Assembly: GCA_900316715.1 (NCBI GenBank) | Contig: ONEC01000002.1 | Location: forward strand, 1,534 to 65,533 | Length of the DNA: 64,000 nt | Direction: 5' to 3' | From: an uncultured Eubacteriales bacterium | Lineage (GTDB): Bacteria; Bacillota; Clostridia; Lachnospirales; Lachnospiraceae | Shown here: in pieces, positions 37,541 to 46,638 of the stretch | Layout: each line of letters opens with the position of its first letter | How positions within the stretch are numbered: the first letter of the stretch is position 1 | The notes under the pieces: generated by a model | What the model saw: only the letters and a program-made list of their open reading frames with translations | The model's database searches: none | Told to the model about the DNA's origin: nothing | Made by a program: the position numbers and the translations under genes

Positions 37541-38269
37541 ATGATCAGATTTTTTATCGCTTTAATATTTACAATACTTGCAGTACTTTTCTCCCTTCCT
37601 ATTCACCTGTACTTTAAAGGACAGATTAAAAAGGATAACCTCACCGGATGGAAAAAGGCCTGGAAATATGTCAGAGGTTTCTTTAGGGCACTTATCTTTG
37701 TCAGCGGCACCAAAGTAGAAGTCCGCGGACTGGAAAATCTGCCAAAGGATGAACCTTGCTTCTATGTAGGCAATCACAGAAGTTACTTTGATATCATCAT
37801 CCTTCAGACCATTACACCGGGACCTGTAGGTTTTGTTGCAAAGAAGGAATTCAAGAAAATCCCTCTTCTTCACCTTTATATGCAGGATATCGGATGTCTC
37901 TTCCTTGACAGAGAAAATCCAAGGGAAGGACTTAAGACAATCTCCGATGCAACAGAGTATATGAAGAAAGGACTCAGTATAAGTCTTTTCCCTGAAGGCA
38001 CCAGAAACCATGACAAGGAACTGCTTCCATTTAAGTCCGGCGGTTACAGAATTGCCGAAAAATCAAGCAGTCCACTGGTTGTAACTGCCATGTCAGGTCT
38101 GGATGATATCTTTGAAAACAACAAACCATTTGGAATTAAGAAAAAACATGTTATAATAGAGTTCGCTACGCCTGTATATCCTCATCAGATGGATAAGGCT
38201 GAGAGGAAGGAATTCTATGATCATATTCCTGATCAGATTACCGATATGATGAGCAGACATGAACTTTAA
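37541..38269 (+). CDS. plsC: 1-acyl-sn-glycerol-3-phosphate acyltransferase
   Basis: N-terminal TM helix, NHRSYFD (HX4D) and FPEGTR motifs. Confidence 0.85.
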   Translation: MIRFFIALIFTILAVLFSLPIHLYFKGQIKKDNLTGWKKAWKYVRGFFRALIFVSGTKVEVRGLENLPKDEPCFYVGNHRSYFDIIILQTITPGPVGFVAKKEFKKIPLLHLYMQDIGCLFLDRENPREGLKTISDATEYMKKGLSISLFPEGTRNHDKELLPFKSGGYRIAEKSSSPLVVTAMSGLDDIFENNKPFGIKKKHVIIEFATPVYPHQMDKAERKEFYDHIPDQITDMMSRHEL

Positions 38270-38328
38270 GAGTTAGACACTGATGCTCAGCAGGTAAGCA
38301 TACGAAATAAATAGAATGGAGAACTAAA

Positions 38329-38901
38329 ATGGGTTGGATTATTTTCGCCATTATAATGGTAGTTATTGTAGGACTCTTTATTGCCCTCTATGTTGTGGGT
38401 AATAAGATGCAGAAGCAGCAGCTTGCTCAGAGAGAACAGATGCAGGCAGCAGCACAGCCGGCTAACCTCTTTATCATTGATAAGAAGATCATGCCGATGA
38501 AGGATGCTAAGCTTCCTAAGGCTGTTATGGATCAGGCTCCTAAGAGATATCAGAAAGCCAAGATTCCTGTAGTAAAGGCTAAGGTAGGTCCTCAGGTAAT
38601 GACACTTATCTGTGACGAAGGTATCTTTGATGATGTTCCAAAGCACGGCGAAGTTAAGGCTATGCTCAGCGGAATCTACATCATCAGCGTAAGAGCCGTA
38701 CATAAGCAGACAAGAAAGGCTACTGAAGAGCAGGCAAGCACACGTAAGAAGACATTCCGTGAGAAGATGCTCGGAAAGCAGGCTGATTATCAGAAGCAGC
38801 TCGATCAGGAGCTTGCAAACAGAAAAGCTAAAGAAGACGAAAAGAAAATTAAGGCTGAAGAGAAGAAGAAACGTGAAAGAGCAAAGAAAATCGTGGACTA
38901 A
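38329..38901 (+). CDS. Hypothetical membrane-anchored protein with a lysine-rich C-terminus (190 aa)
   Basis: GGAGA RBS, N-terminal TM helix (WIIFAIIMVVIVGLFIALYVV), K/E-rich tail. Same direction as its neighbours. The 216-aa antisense ORF was rejected. Confidence 0.6.
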   Translation: MGWIIFAIIMVVIVGLFIALYVVGNKMQKQQLAQREQMQAAAQPANLFIIDKKIMPMKDAKLPKAVMDQAPKRYQKAKIPVVKAKVGPQVMTLICDEGIFDDVPKHGEVKAMLSGIYIISVRAVHKQTRKATEEQASTRKKTFREKMLGKQADYQKQLDQELANRKAKEDEKKIKAEEKKKRERAKKIVD

Positions 38902-38941
38902 TCTAATACTTGCTATCTTACCACCACTGTCAACCATTGCG

Positions 38942-39595
38942 ATGACAGTGGTGGCTTATTTTGCTGCTTTTATGGGCAGTTATATTTTACTCGGTTCAAA
39001 TGAGGATCTGGAAACTGATAAGCTGGGCGTACATGTACCACTGTTTATGCTTATAAGAAATCTCCTGATGCTTATTGCATTTTCCTATTGGTACTATATA
39101 TTCTTCCTGAGAAAGAAAGAACCGGATGTATTCGAGAATATAAAGGACAGCATACGTTCTGTAAAGAAGCCTGCCTTTTATGCACTGATCATCGCCGGCG
39201 GCTATATCATACAGTTTATAGTCACTCATATACTCCGCCTGCTTACAGCTATACTTCCTGAATTTATGGCAGACTATAATACAGAGGTAGGGTCACTCAT
39301 TCATGGAGAAGTCTCCATCATCACCCTTATCTATGTAATTCTTCTTGCTCCTATCGCAGAAGAGCTGCTGTTCCGTGGTCTGACACAGAAATATGCCGAA
39401 AGAGCCATTGGCGCTCTCCCTGCCATATTCTTCCAAGCCGCAATATTCGGAATATATCATATGAATCTTGTACAGGGAATATATGCATTTATCTTCGGAC
39501 TGTTACTCGGCTTCATCGCCCGCAAGTCCAAAGCCCTCTTCCCATGTATCCTGCTTCATATGGTGATCAATCTGTCAGCATATCTTATCCCGTAG
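38942..39595 (+). CDS. CPBP family intramembrane glutamic endopeptidase (CAAX protease/Abi type)
   Basis: LLAPIAEELLFRG (EExxxR), FGIYH and LLHMVIN motifs in a polytopic protein. The start at ATG 38942 is uncertain because there is no clear RBS. Confidence 0.75.
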   Translation: MTVVAYFAAFMGSYILLGSNEDLETDKLGVHVPLFMLIRNLLMLIAFSYWYYIFFLRKKEPDVFENIKDSIRSVKKPAFYALIIAGGYIIQFIVTHILRLLTAILPEFMADYNTEVGSLIHGEVSIITLIYVILLAPIAEELLFRGLTQKYAERAIGALPAIFFQAAIFGIYHMNLVQGIYAFIFGLLLGFIARKSKALFPCILLHMVINLSAYLIP

Positions 39596-39635
39596 ATATA
39601 ACAGGTATTAGTAAAAAACAAATATTCATAAGATT

Positions 39636-39672
39636 AAAAAGGCCACAGCTTATGCTGTGGCCTTTACTGTTT
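39636..39672. terminator. Bidirectional intrinsic terminator
   Basis: AAAGGCCACAGC-ttat-GCTGTGGCCTTT with flanking A and T runs, between convergent CPBP and ddl. Confidence 0.7.
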
Positions 39673-39678
39673 TAATAT

Positions 39679-40737
39679 TTATCTTTCGTAAGCCATCTCT
39701 ATAAGTGAATTTACATATTCCTTCATAGGATGTCCTGCTGCTTCAAGAAGCATAGGATACATGCTTATTGATGTATGTCCCGGTATAGTATTGATCTCGT
39801 TAAATACAACTCTGTTTGTTCCTTCTTCAAGGAAGAAGTCAACTCTTGAGAAACCAAAGCAGTCACAGGCTCTGTAAATAGCAACTGCTACATCCTTGAT
39901 CTCCTTCTTCTTATCCTCCGGCATATCCGGATCGATCAGTGTCTTTGACTCTGCGTTGTTATACTTTGCATCAAAATCATAGAACTCAGCAGCTGCAACT
40001 ATCTCACCAAGTCCCATAGCCACTGCATTATCACCATATCCATATACGGCACACTCTATCTCTCTGCCGTTTATAGCTTCCTCAACAAGGATCTTTGAAT
40101 CATTCTCAGCTGCCAGCTTCAGTCCCTTTATCAGTTCTTCTCTGTTATGGGCCTTTGTGATACCTACAGAAGAACCTGCATTTGAAGGCTTGATAAATAC
40201 AGGATAATCACGGAAAGCTTCCACACGGGCAACCACACTGTCCATATCCTTTAATTCATAATCTCTTACAGGCTCGTAAGCTGCCTGAGCAACGCCTACA
40301 GAATCAGCTATAACCTTTGTAAAGAACTTATCCATTGTTATAGCAGCTGACAGATGTCCGCAGCCTGCAAACGGGATATGAGCAAGCTTCAGAAGTCCCT
40401 GAACTGTTCCATCCTCTCCATAAAGGCCGTGAAGTACAGGAAATACCACGTCAACTGTGATCTCTGTATAACCGTCTCCATCCTTTACAAGCTTTCTTCT
40501 GTCTGATGAAGGAGCTATAAGAGCTTCTCTGCCTGACTCACGCCATGCACCGCTTCTTATATCTTCTATGCTGTCCACCAGCACCCAGCGGCCCTCCTTG
40601 GTTATTCCAAGAAGATAAACTTCATACTTGTCCTTATCTACAGCCTCAGCAACTGTTGCACCTGATATACAGGATACATCATGCTCACTTGACTGACCTC
40701 CAAACAGTATTACAACTTTCTTTTTTACGTCTGACAT
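39679..40737 (-). CDS. ddl: D-alanine--D-alanine ligase
   Basis: KKKVVILFGGQSSEHDVSCISG start, ATP-grasp motifs, and C-terminal NEINTIPG. AAGGAGG RBS before the ATG at 40737. Confidence 0.95.
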   Translation of the reverse strand: MSDVKKKVVILFGGQSSEHDVSCISGATVAEAVDKDKYEVYLLGITKEGRWVLVDSIEDIRSGAWRESGREALIAPSSDRRKLVKDGDGYTEITVDVVFPVLHGLYGEDGTVQGLLKLAHIPFAGCGHLSAAITMDKFFTKVIADSVGVAQAAYEPVRDYELKDMDSVVARVEAFRDYPVFIKPSNAGSSVGITKAHNREELIKGLKLAAENDSKILVEEAINGREIECAVYGYGDNAVAMGLGEIVAAAEFYDFDAKYNNAESKTLIDPDMPEDKKKEIKDVAVAIYRACDCFGFSRVDFFLEEGTNRVVFNEINTIPGHTSISMYPMLLEAAGHPMKEYVNSLIEMAYER

Positions 40738-40754
40738 TACTTCAAGTGTCCTCC

Positions 40755-41465
40755 TTATAGTCCTTTTCCCGCAGCCACAGAAGTATAATATATTCTTCTG
40801 ACACCGCCCATAAGGCATGTTCTGCTGCAGGCTTCTATTGTAGCTCCCGTGGTATATATATCATCCACGAGAAGTATGCTTTCAGGTATATTGTCCTGCC
40901 TTCCGATACTGAAGGCCTTCATCAGGTTCTTTACCCTTTCCTGTCTCGTCAGCTTTTTCAGAGGATCTGTGGCAACCGGCCGCAGCAGCAGCCCCGTGTC
41001 CACCGGAATATGAAGTTCCTTACTCATGGCATCCGCTATCAGCTCAGCCTGGTTATATCCTCTTTCGCTTCTTCTCTTCTTTGATACAGGAACCGGAACC
41101 AGTGCATCTATCCCAAGTTTTAAGAAGCTTTCTTTAAAATGCACTGCAAGCTCATGTCCATAAAACTCTGCATATTCCTGTCTGGCTTCATACTTAAGTC
41201 TCGCCAGGGATTCCCTGAGCGGTGAAACATAACTGCACATCGGAAAGCCCCTTAGATAATGCCTCTCCTCTTTGCTGCAGTCATAACAGTACTCTTCTTC
41301 GTCATCCGATAGTTTCTTACCGCATTTCATACAGCGGGGTTCTTCTATATACTGCAGGAGACTCACACATTTCCCACAGATTCCTTTCTGCCCTGCACCG
41401 AGTACCTCATCGCAGAGCACGCATCTTCCCGGAAAGAAAAGATCAGCTGCAAAGCCTTTATGCAT
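40755..41465 (-). CDS. comFC: ComF family protein (ComFC-type phosphoribosyltransferase-fold)
   Basis: N-terminal double CxxC zinc finger and a C-terminal PRTase motif LLVDDIYTTGATI. Confidence 0.85.
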   Translation of the reverse strand: MHKGFAADLFFPGRCVLCDEVLGAGQKGICGKCVSLLQYIEEPRCMKCGKKLSDDEEEYCYDCSKEERHYLRGFPMCSYVSPLRESLARLKYEARQEYAEFYGHELAVHFKESFLKLGIDALVPVPVSKKRRSERGYNQAELIADAMSKELHIPVDTGLLLRPVATDPLKKLTRQERVKNLMKAFSIGRQDNIPESILLVDDIYTTGATIEACSRTCLMGGVRRIYYTSVAAGKGL

Positions 41466-43766
41466 TTAGCCCTCCATATTCTTTATCTCAAGAATCCTTT
41501 CGGTAAGACTGGTAAAGCGCTTTGTCTCCAATGTGTTATCTATCATCTCATCAAGGAGGCTTAGGTTTCCGACTATAACTACCATCCTCTTTGCTCTTGT
41601 CACGGCCGTATATAAAAGATTTCTTGTGAAAAGCTTTTTCGGTCCGGAAAGCAGCGGGATGATAACTGCCGGATACTCACTTCCCTGTGATTTATGTATC
41701 GTGATGGCAAAGGAATGTTCCAGCTCATCAAGCTCCTTGTAATTATACTCCGCTATACGTCCATCATCAAAGCAAACTTCAACAATCTCATCAAAATCAT
41801 TGATTTCTTTTATGATTCCCATGTCGCCGTTAAAGACGCCGACACCTTCTTCCATAATATAACCGTTCTCCTCGTCCGGTGCAACCCGCCACTCGAGTTT
41901 ATAGTTATTCTTTATCTGCATAACCTTGTCTCCCTCACGGAAGATGATACCGTTATGCTCCTTCTCAGCCTTCTTAGGCGACGGCGGATTGATACTGGAC
42001 TGAAGACGCTTATTCAGTTCCTCAACGCCCACAGCCTGCTTTCTCATCGGCGACAGAACTTCTATCTCATTTACATTAACATTCAGATATCCCGGGAGAT
42101 TCTTCGTGAGAAGCACTGCCAGCTCTTCTGTAATATCAGCAGCACCCTGTCTCGGGATAAAGAAGAAATCACTGCTCTTATTAGTTATCTCTATATGCTC
42201 GCCCTTCTTTATCTTATGGGCATTAGTAACTATGGCACTTTCTTCCGACTGTCTGAATATCTTATTTAAAACAGCTACAGAAAAGCATCCGCTGGAAATG
42301 ATGTCATGCAGTACATTTCCGGCTCCTACTGAAGGAAGCTGATCTGTATCGCCTACAAATATAAGCTTTGTTCCCGGAGTAATGGCCTTAAGCAGGGAAT
42401 AGAGAAGATTATTATCCAGCATGGATGCTTCATCAACTATAACCGCATCGCATTCCAGAGGATAATCCTCGTTCCTCATAAACTTCAGGACTGTTCTCTC
42501 ACTGTCATCCTCTGAAGGGGCTCCCATGAACTCCAGAAGCCTGTGAATGGTCTGAGCCTTATAACCTGTAGACTCTGTTATTCTCTTCGCTGCACGTCCC
42601 GTAGGGGCTGCCAGAAGTGTATGCTGCCCTCTGGACTCAAAGTATCTGATGATGACATTTATGATTGTGGTCTTACCTGTACCCGGTCCTCCGGTTATAA
42701 CAGACACACCGCTTGTCACTGCCATTTTTACAGCTTCTCTCTGCTCATCTTCAAGCTCTATATCTGTATCTTCTTCTATAAGCCTTACTGCCATATCAAC
42801 AGCTTCTCTATCTGCATCCACGGCTGTCTTAAGATCCATGAGCATACGTGCTGATGAAGCCTCACTATAATAATTCCATCTTGCATAGCAGACGGTCATA
42901 TCTTTTCCGTCCACCTGATACTGCTTCATCACTATGTCTCCCGCCATGGACATTTCAAGAAGCAGGTCATGGAGTTTATCCTCAAACTCTGCCGACACTT
43001 CCTCTTCCTGCTCATAATATATGTCATCAGCTTCCGTTGTCTCCACAAGGCTGTAGCATTTTTTTACCAGCCAGCTCTCCGGAATGAATATATGTCCAAG
43101 CGACATGGACTGATTCAAAACATATAAAATTGCTGAGTGCAGTCTGAATCTGGAATCCGCAGGAATGCCTGCACGCATTGCTATATTATCTGCTGTCTTA
43201 AAACCGACACCCGGTATCTCATCAGCTATTCTGTACGGATTCTCTCTGATTATCCTATATATATCCTCACCGAACTCACTGTATATCTTCATGGCCAGCT
43301 TTACGCCGATGCCATACTGTGTAAGGAACATTATAACTTTTCTGTATTCGGAATTCTCTCTGTAAGATACAGCTATCTTAATAGCCTTCTTTTCTGTAAT
43401 ACCCTTAACCTCTGCCAGTCTCTCAGGCTGCTCCTCCATGATTTTCAGAGTGTCCTTACCGAATTTCTGAATGATACGGGTAGCGAGAACTTCCTTAACT
43501 CCCTTTATAACACCGGATACAAGAAATCTCTTGATACCCTCTGTATCATCCGGCATGGAGAGCTCGGCAGAAGTACATTTAAACTGGATATCATACTGCG
43601 GATGATGGATATACTCACCCTCGGCCTGAATATACATTCCCTCAGCTATTCCGGGAATGGTTCCGACAAAGACATCATCACCCTCCGGCGTTTCAACAGA
43701 AAAAACCGCATACGCGGTTTCATCACTTTGAAATATTACCTTGTTGATATATCCTTCTCTGACCAT
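41466..43766 (-). CDS. recD2: ATP-dependent RecD-like DNA helicase (RecD2/YrrC type)
   Basis: 766 aa. N-terminal OB/HhH region, Walker A GGPGTGKTT, DEASML, GDTDQLPSVGAGNV, and C-terminal SF1 motifs (ITIHKSQGSE, YTAVTRAK). Confidence 0.9.
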   Translation of the reverse strand: MVREGYINKVIFQSDETAYAVFSVETPEGDDVFVGTIPGIAEGMYIQAEGEYIHHPQYDIQFKCTSAELSMPDDTEGIKRFLVSGVIKGVKEVLATRIIQKFGKDTLKIMEEQPERLAEVKGITEKKAIKIAVSYRENSEYRKVIMFLTQYGIGVKLAMKIYSEFGEDIYRIIRENPYRIADEIPGVGFKTADNIAMRAGIPADSRFRLHSAILYVLNQSMSLGHIFIPESWLVKKCYSLVETTEADDIYYEQEEEVSAEFEDKLHDLLLEMSMAGDIVMKQYQVDGKDMTVCYARWNYYSEASSARMLMDLKTAVDADREAVDMAVRLIEEDTDIELEDEQREAVKMAVTSGVSVITGGPGTGKTTIINVIIRYFESRGQHTLLAAPTGRAAKRITESTGYKAQTIHRLLEFMGAPSEDDSERTVLKFMRNEDYPLECDAVIVDEASMLDNNLLYSLLKAITPGTKLIFVGDTDQLPSVGAGNVLHDIISSGCFSVAVLNKIFRQSEESAIVTNAHKIKKGEHIEITNKSSDFFFIPRQGAADITEELAVLLTKNLPGYLNVNVNEIEVLSPMRKQAVGVEELNKRLQSSINPPSPKKAEKEHNGIIFREGDKVMQIKNNYKLEWRVAPDEENGYIMEEGVGVFNGDMGIIKEINDFDEIVEVCFDDGRIAEYNYKELDELEHSFAITIHKSQGSEYPAVIIPLLSGPKKLFTRNLLYTAVTRAKRMVVIVGNLSLLDEMIDNTLETKRFTSLTERILEIKNMEG

Positions 43767-43772
43767 GAGTCC

Positions 43773-44765
43773 TTAACGATCCTTTTCCTCCAGGAAGTCA
43801 ATATACTTTCCGGCACCTATAGCAACTACCTGCTGTGGATTCTCTGCTGTCATAGTTGTTATACCTGTCTTCTCCTCCATAAGCTGCTCGAAGCCGTGAA
43901 GAAGCGAGCCGCCTCCCGTAAGGATAATACCTCTGTCGGCAATATCAGCGGCCAGTTCAGGCGGAGTCTTCTCTAGTACGGAGCGAACTTCCTCTATAAC
44001 CTTTGCTACAGTATCACGAAGAGCTTCCTCTGTCTCATCAGAAGTAATTGTAATAGTCTTTGGAAGTCCTGTTACCAGGTCTCTTCCTCTGATATCCATG
44101 GATATATTCTCCGGACGCTTATAGCAGGTTCCGATGTTTATCTTGATATCCTCTGCGGTTGTATCACCGATGAGGATGTTATATCTCTTTCTAATATATC
44201 TTACGATGGCGTCATCAAAGTCATCTCCGGCAATCTTTGAAGATGCGGTAACTACAGCACCTCCCATGGAGATAACTGCGATATCTGTTGTTCCGCCGCC
44301 GATATCAACTACCAGATTTCCTACCGGTCTTATGATATCAAGTCCTGCTCCGAGAGCAGCTGCAACCGGCTCCTCAACGAGAAAAACATATCTTGCTCCG
44401 GCATTATATGCAGCATCCTCAACAGCACGTCTCTCAACCTCTGTAGCTCCTGAAGGAACACAGATAGCGATTCTGGGTCTTCTTCCAAAGAAGCTTCTTC
44501 CTACCGCCTTTCTGATGAAGTACTTAAGCATCTTCTCTGTCTTGGTTGCTTCAGAGATAACGCCATGCTTAAGAGGTCTGATAGCTGTAAGATTACCAGG
44601 GGTTCTGCCAAGCATTGCCCTTGCTTCTTCACCTATCTCAACTATTCTCTCTGACTCTTTATCGTATGCTATGACAGATGGCTCATTCAGAACCACACCT
44701 CTGCCTCTTACATGTACAAGAATATTGGCAGTACCAAGATCTATGCCTATATCAAGATTTGCCAT
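43773..44765 (-). CDS. mreB: Rod shape-determining actin homolog MreB
   Basis: DIGIDLGTANILV, EPSVIA, VVDIGGGTTDIAV and GIILTGGGSLL phosphate/adenosine motifs. Confidence 0.95.
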   Translation of the reverse strand: MANLDIGIDLGTANILVHVRGRGVVLNEPSVIAYDKESERIVEIGEEARAMLGRTPGNLTAIRPLKHGVISEATKTEKMLKYFIRKAVGRSFFGRRPRIAICVPSGATEVERRAVEDAAYNAGARYVFLVEEPVAAALGAGLDIIRPVGNLVVDIGGGTTDIAVISMGGAVVTASSKIAGDDFDDAIVRYIRKRYNILIGDTTAEDIKINIGTCYKRPENISMDIRGRDLVTGLPKTITITSDETEEALRDTVAKVIEEVRSVLEKTPPELAADIADRGIILTGGGSLLHGFEQLMEEKTGITTMTAENPQQVVAIGAGKYIDFLEEKDR

Positions 44766-44780
44766 TACTAACTCCTTAAT

Positions 44781-46535
44781 CTAATCAACCGCCGGTGTAA
44801 GTATCATCACCGATGCGGGTTCACCATTCTTCCAGGTGATACTAATCTCTGTTACGTCAAATATGCTTCCAAGCTCATTAATATATCTTCTGAACTTGGT
44901 GCTTCTGCCCTTTTTATCAGACGCTTCTGCCACAGGGATCTCGTCCTGAGGCTTAGGAATCATCCTGAAGCTGTCCTTATCTACAAAATCCATGCCCAGC
45001 CTGTCATTCATATGTTTGTTGGAGTATAACACTTTACCGGTGATATTGTCTCTGATAAATATATCCTGCTCCATGGAATCAAAGACTTCAAGCATGGTAT
45101 TATCCAGTGCTGGTGAATCCTCGAATTCTCCGCTGGCATAAAGTTTTGCAACAGCTCTTGCCATCTCCTTTGCGAAGTCCTTCTCAGACTCAGACCAGAT
45201 TCTCTCTCTGGTATTCTCTATAAAGATGAGACGTCCGAAATACTTATGGCCCCTCTTAACAGGATAAACCATGATAGCACGGACCTTTCCTTCAAACACC
45301 TCAACCCTCATCCTGTTGGTCATGTTGTTCCTGTCGATCACCATGCCTTCCTTGGAGATAAGCCCCTGCATCTCAGGATCATAATGATCATGCTCCCAGG
45401 CAAAGTTGCTCTCTTCCTCTTCGCTCTTACCTCTCTTAGACCAGTAATCAACTATATTCATTACTTCAGGATTGGTATCATCAAATGCATAGAAAACAAC
45501 ATAGTCAACCCCAAGGAGCTTACCTGCCTTCTCAAAGTACTTACTGTACTCGGCTTCGCCATTTCCTATATCAGTCATCATCTTAGTGATGATCTTCTTC
45601 TCTTTTATCTCAAACTCAAGAGCATCCCTCTTAGCCTTATTCTTATCTGAACCGACTATTCTGTTATACAGTCTGGACAAATGCTCTGAGATTGCGTCTG
45701 CAACATTCCATTGATTATTGTATACCTTGAAAAGCTTCTGGGCCTGACTCTTGTTATGCGCATAGAGCAGCCACATTCCGCAGCATATTCCGTTGATAAC
45801 GATCGGAGCTGCTGCAATCCTTCTCTCCTGTGCTGCCTCTGCCCTGCTCTCATCCTCTATCTGAAGAAATACAGGATTGCTGTCTGATACAAGAGATGCC
45901 TTGATCTTCTCAAAGAACGGCTTGTTAAGCGGATTCTCCAAATATTCATAAAACTCACCGAAGTAGCTGGCCGGACCCTTAGGTTCTGCAAGAAGTCTGC
46001 CGTTCATATCGATCAGCGCAGAATAAAGCTCACAGGCGTTTGCAAAGCCATCAAAGAAATCATTTACTCTGTTCTCTGCCACAAAGTCCTTTGTAAGACG
46101 CACATCCTTCTGAACAGCATCCTGCTGAACATTCTCACCTGTCACAAGTTGAGAAGCATTTCTCACTTCACTGATGATATATTCAACCACATATTCACCG
46201 GGATCCTTCTTAAGGAAAATGATGTCCATGTTGACCTTTCTCAGCTTGTTATCATCTCCGATAACCCTGACTTCATCTGAGAAATCATTGCCGGATCTGA
46301 AGCCGAGCTTCATAGCTTCTGCGAAACTATCCCTGTCTTCCGGATGAATATAATCTTCAGGCAGACGATAACCCTTGACTATGTTCTTAACGTTCATGCC
46401 AAGTGTCTCGATATTGTCCGAGAGATAAAGCAGCTTACTGCGCCTTACCTTCTTAGGACTGTCAAACTGTCTTACCATGACTGCAAAACCGGCCTTCTCC
46501 AGTGCCGCATACAGATAATCAATCTCTGAAACCAT
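44781..46535 (-). CDS. Cytoplasmic multi-sensor-fold protein (PAS-like, PocR/GAF-like, PAS-like) without a recognisable output domain
   Basis: About 584 aa, no TM helix and no kinase, GGDEF, EAL, HTH or HD-GYP motifs. The domain calls are my reading of PAS/GAF-like patterns and have not been verified by HMM. Confidence 0.65.
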   Translation of the reverse strand: MVSEIDYLYAALEKAGFAVMVRQFDSPKKVRRSKLLYLSDNIETLGMNVKNIVKGYRLPEDYIHPEDRDSFAEAMKLGFRSGNDFSDEVRVIGDDNKLRKVNMDIIFLKKDPGEYVVEYIISEVRNASQLVTGENVQQDAVQKDVRLTKDFVAENRVNDFFDGFANACELYSALIDMNGRLLAEPKGPASYFGEFYEYLENPLNKPFFEKIKASLVSDSNPVFLQIEDESRAEAAQERRIAAAPIVINGICCGMWLLYAHNKSQAQKLFKVYNNQWNVADAISEHLSRLYNRIVGSDKNKAKRDALEFEIKEKKIITKMMTDIGNGEAEYSKYFEKAGKLLGVDYVVFYAFDDTNPEVMNIVDYWSKRGKSEEEESNFAWEHDHYDPEMQGLISKEGMVIDRNNMTNRMRVEVFEGKVRAIMVYPVKRGHKYFGRLIFIENTRERIWSESEKDFAKEMARAVAKLYASGEFEDSPALDNTMLEVFDSMEQDIFIRDNITGKVLYSNKHMNDRLGMDFVDKDSFRMIPKPQDEIPVAEASDKKGRSTKFRRYINELGSIFDVTEISITWKNGEPASVMILTPAVD

Positions 46536-46589
46536 ATTTAACCCCACTCACAAAACACAAAACCCTAATAAATATAACTTTCCCTTTAG

Positions 46590-46623
46590 AAAAAGATAGA
46601 GGAACGTTCGAAAGCGTTCCTCT
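46590..46623 (-). terminator. Intrinsic terminator of the DivIVA-like gene
   Basis: AGAGGAACG-ttcgaaa-GCGTTCCTCT followed on the minus strand by ATCTTTTTC. Confidence 0.7.
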
Positions 46624-46638
46624 GTAATTACCTATAAT

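Noticed and set aside
38287-38937. 216-aa minus-strand ORF
   Set aside because: It is fully antisense to the plus-strand 190-aa gene, which has an RBS and fits the local transcription direction. Its Leu/Ser/Cys-rich sequence is typical of antisense frames.
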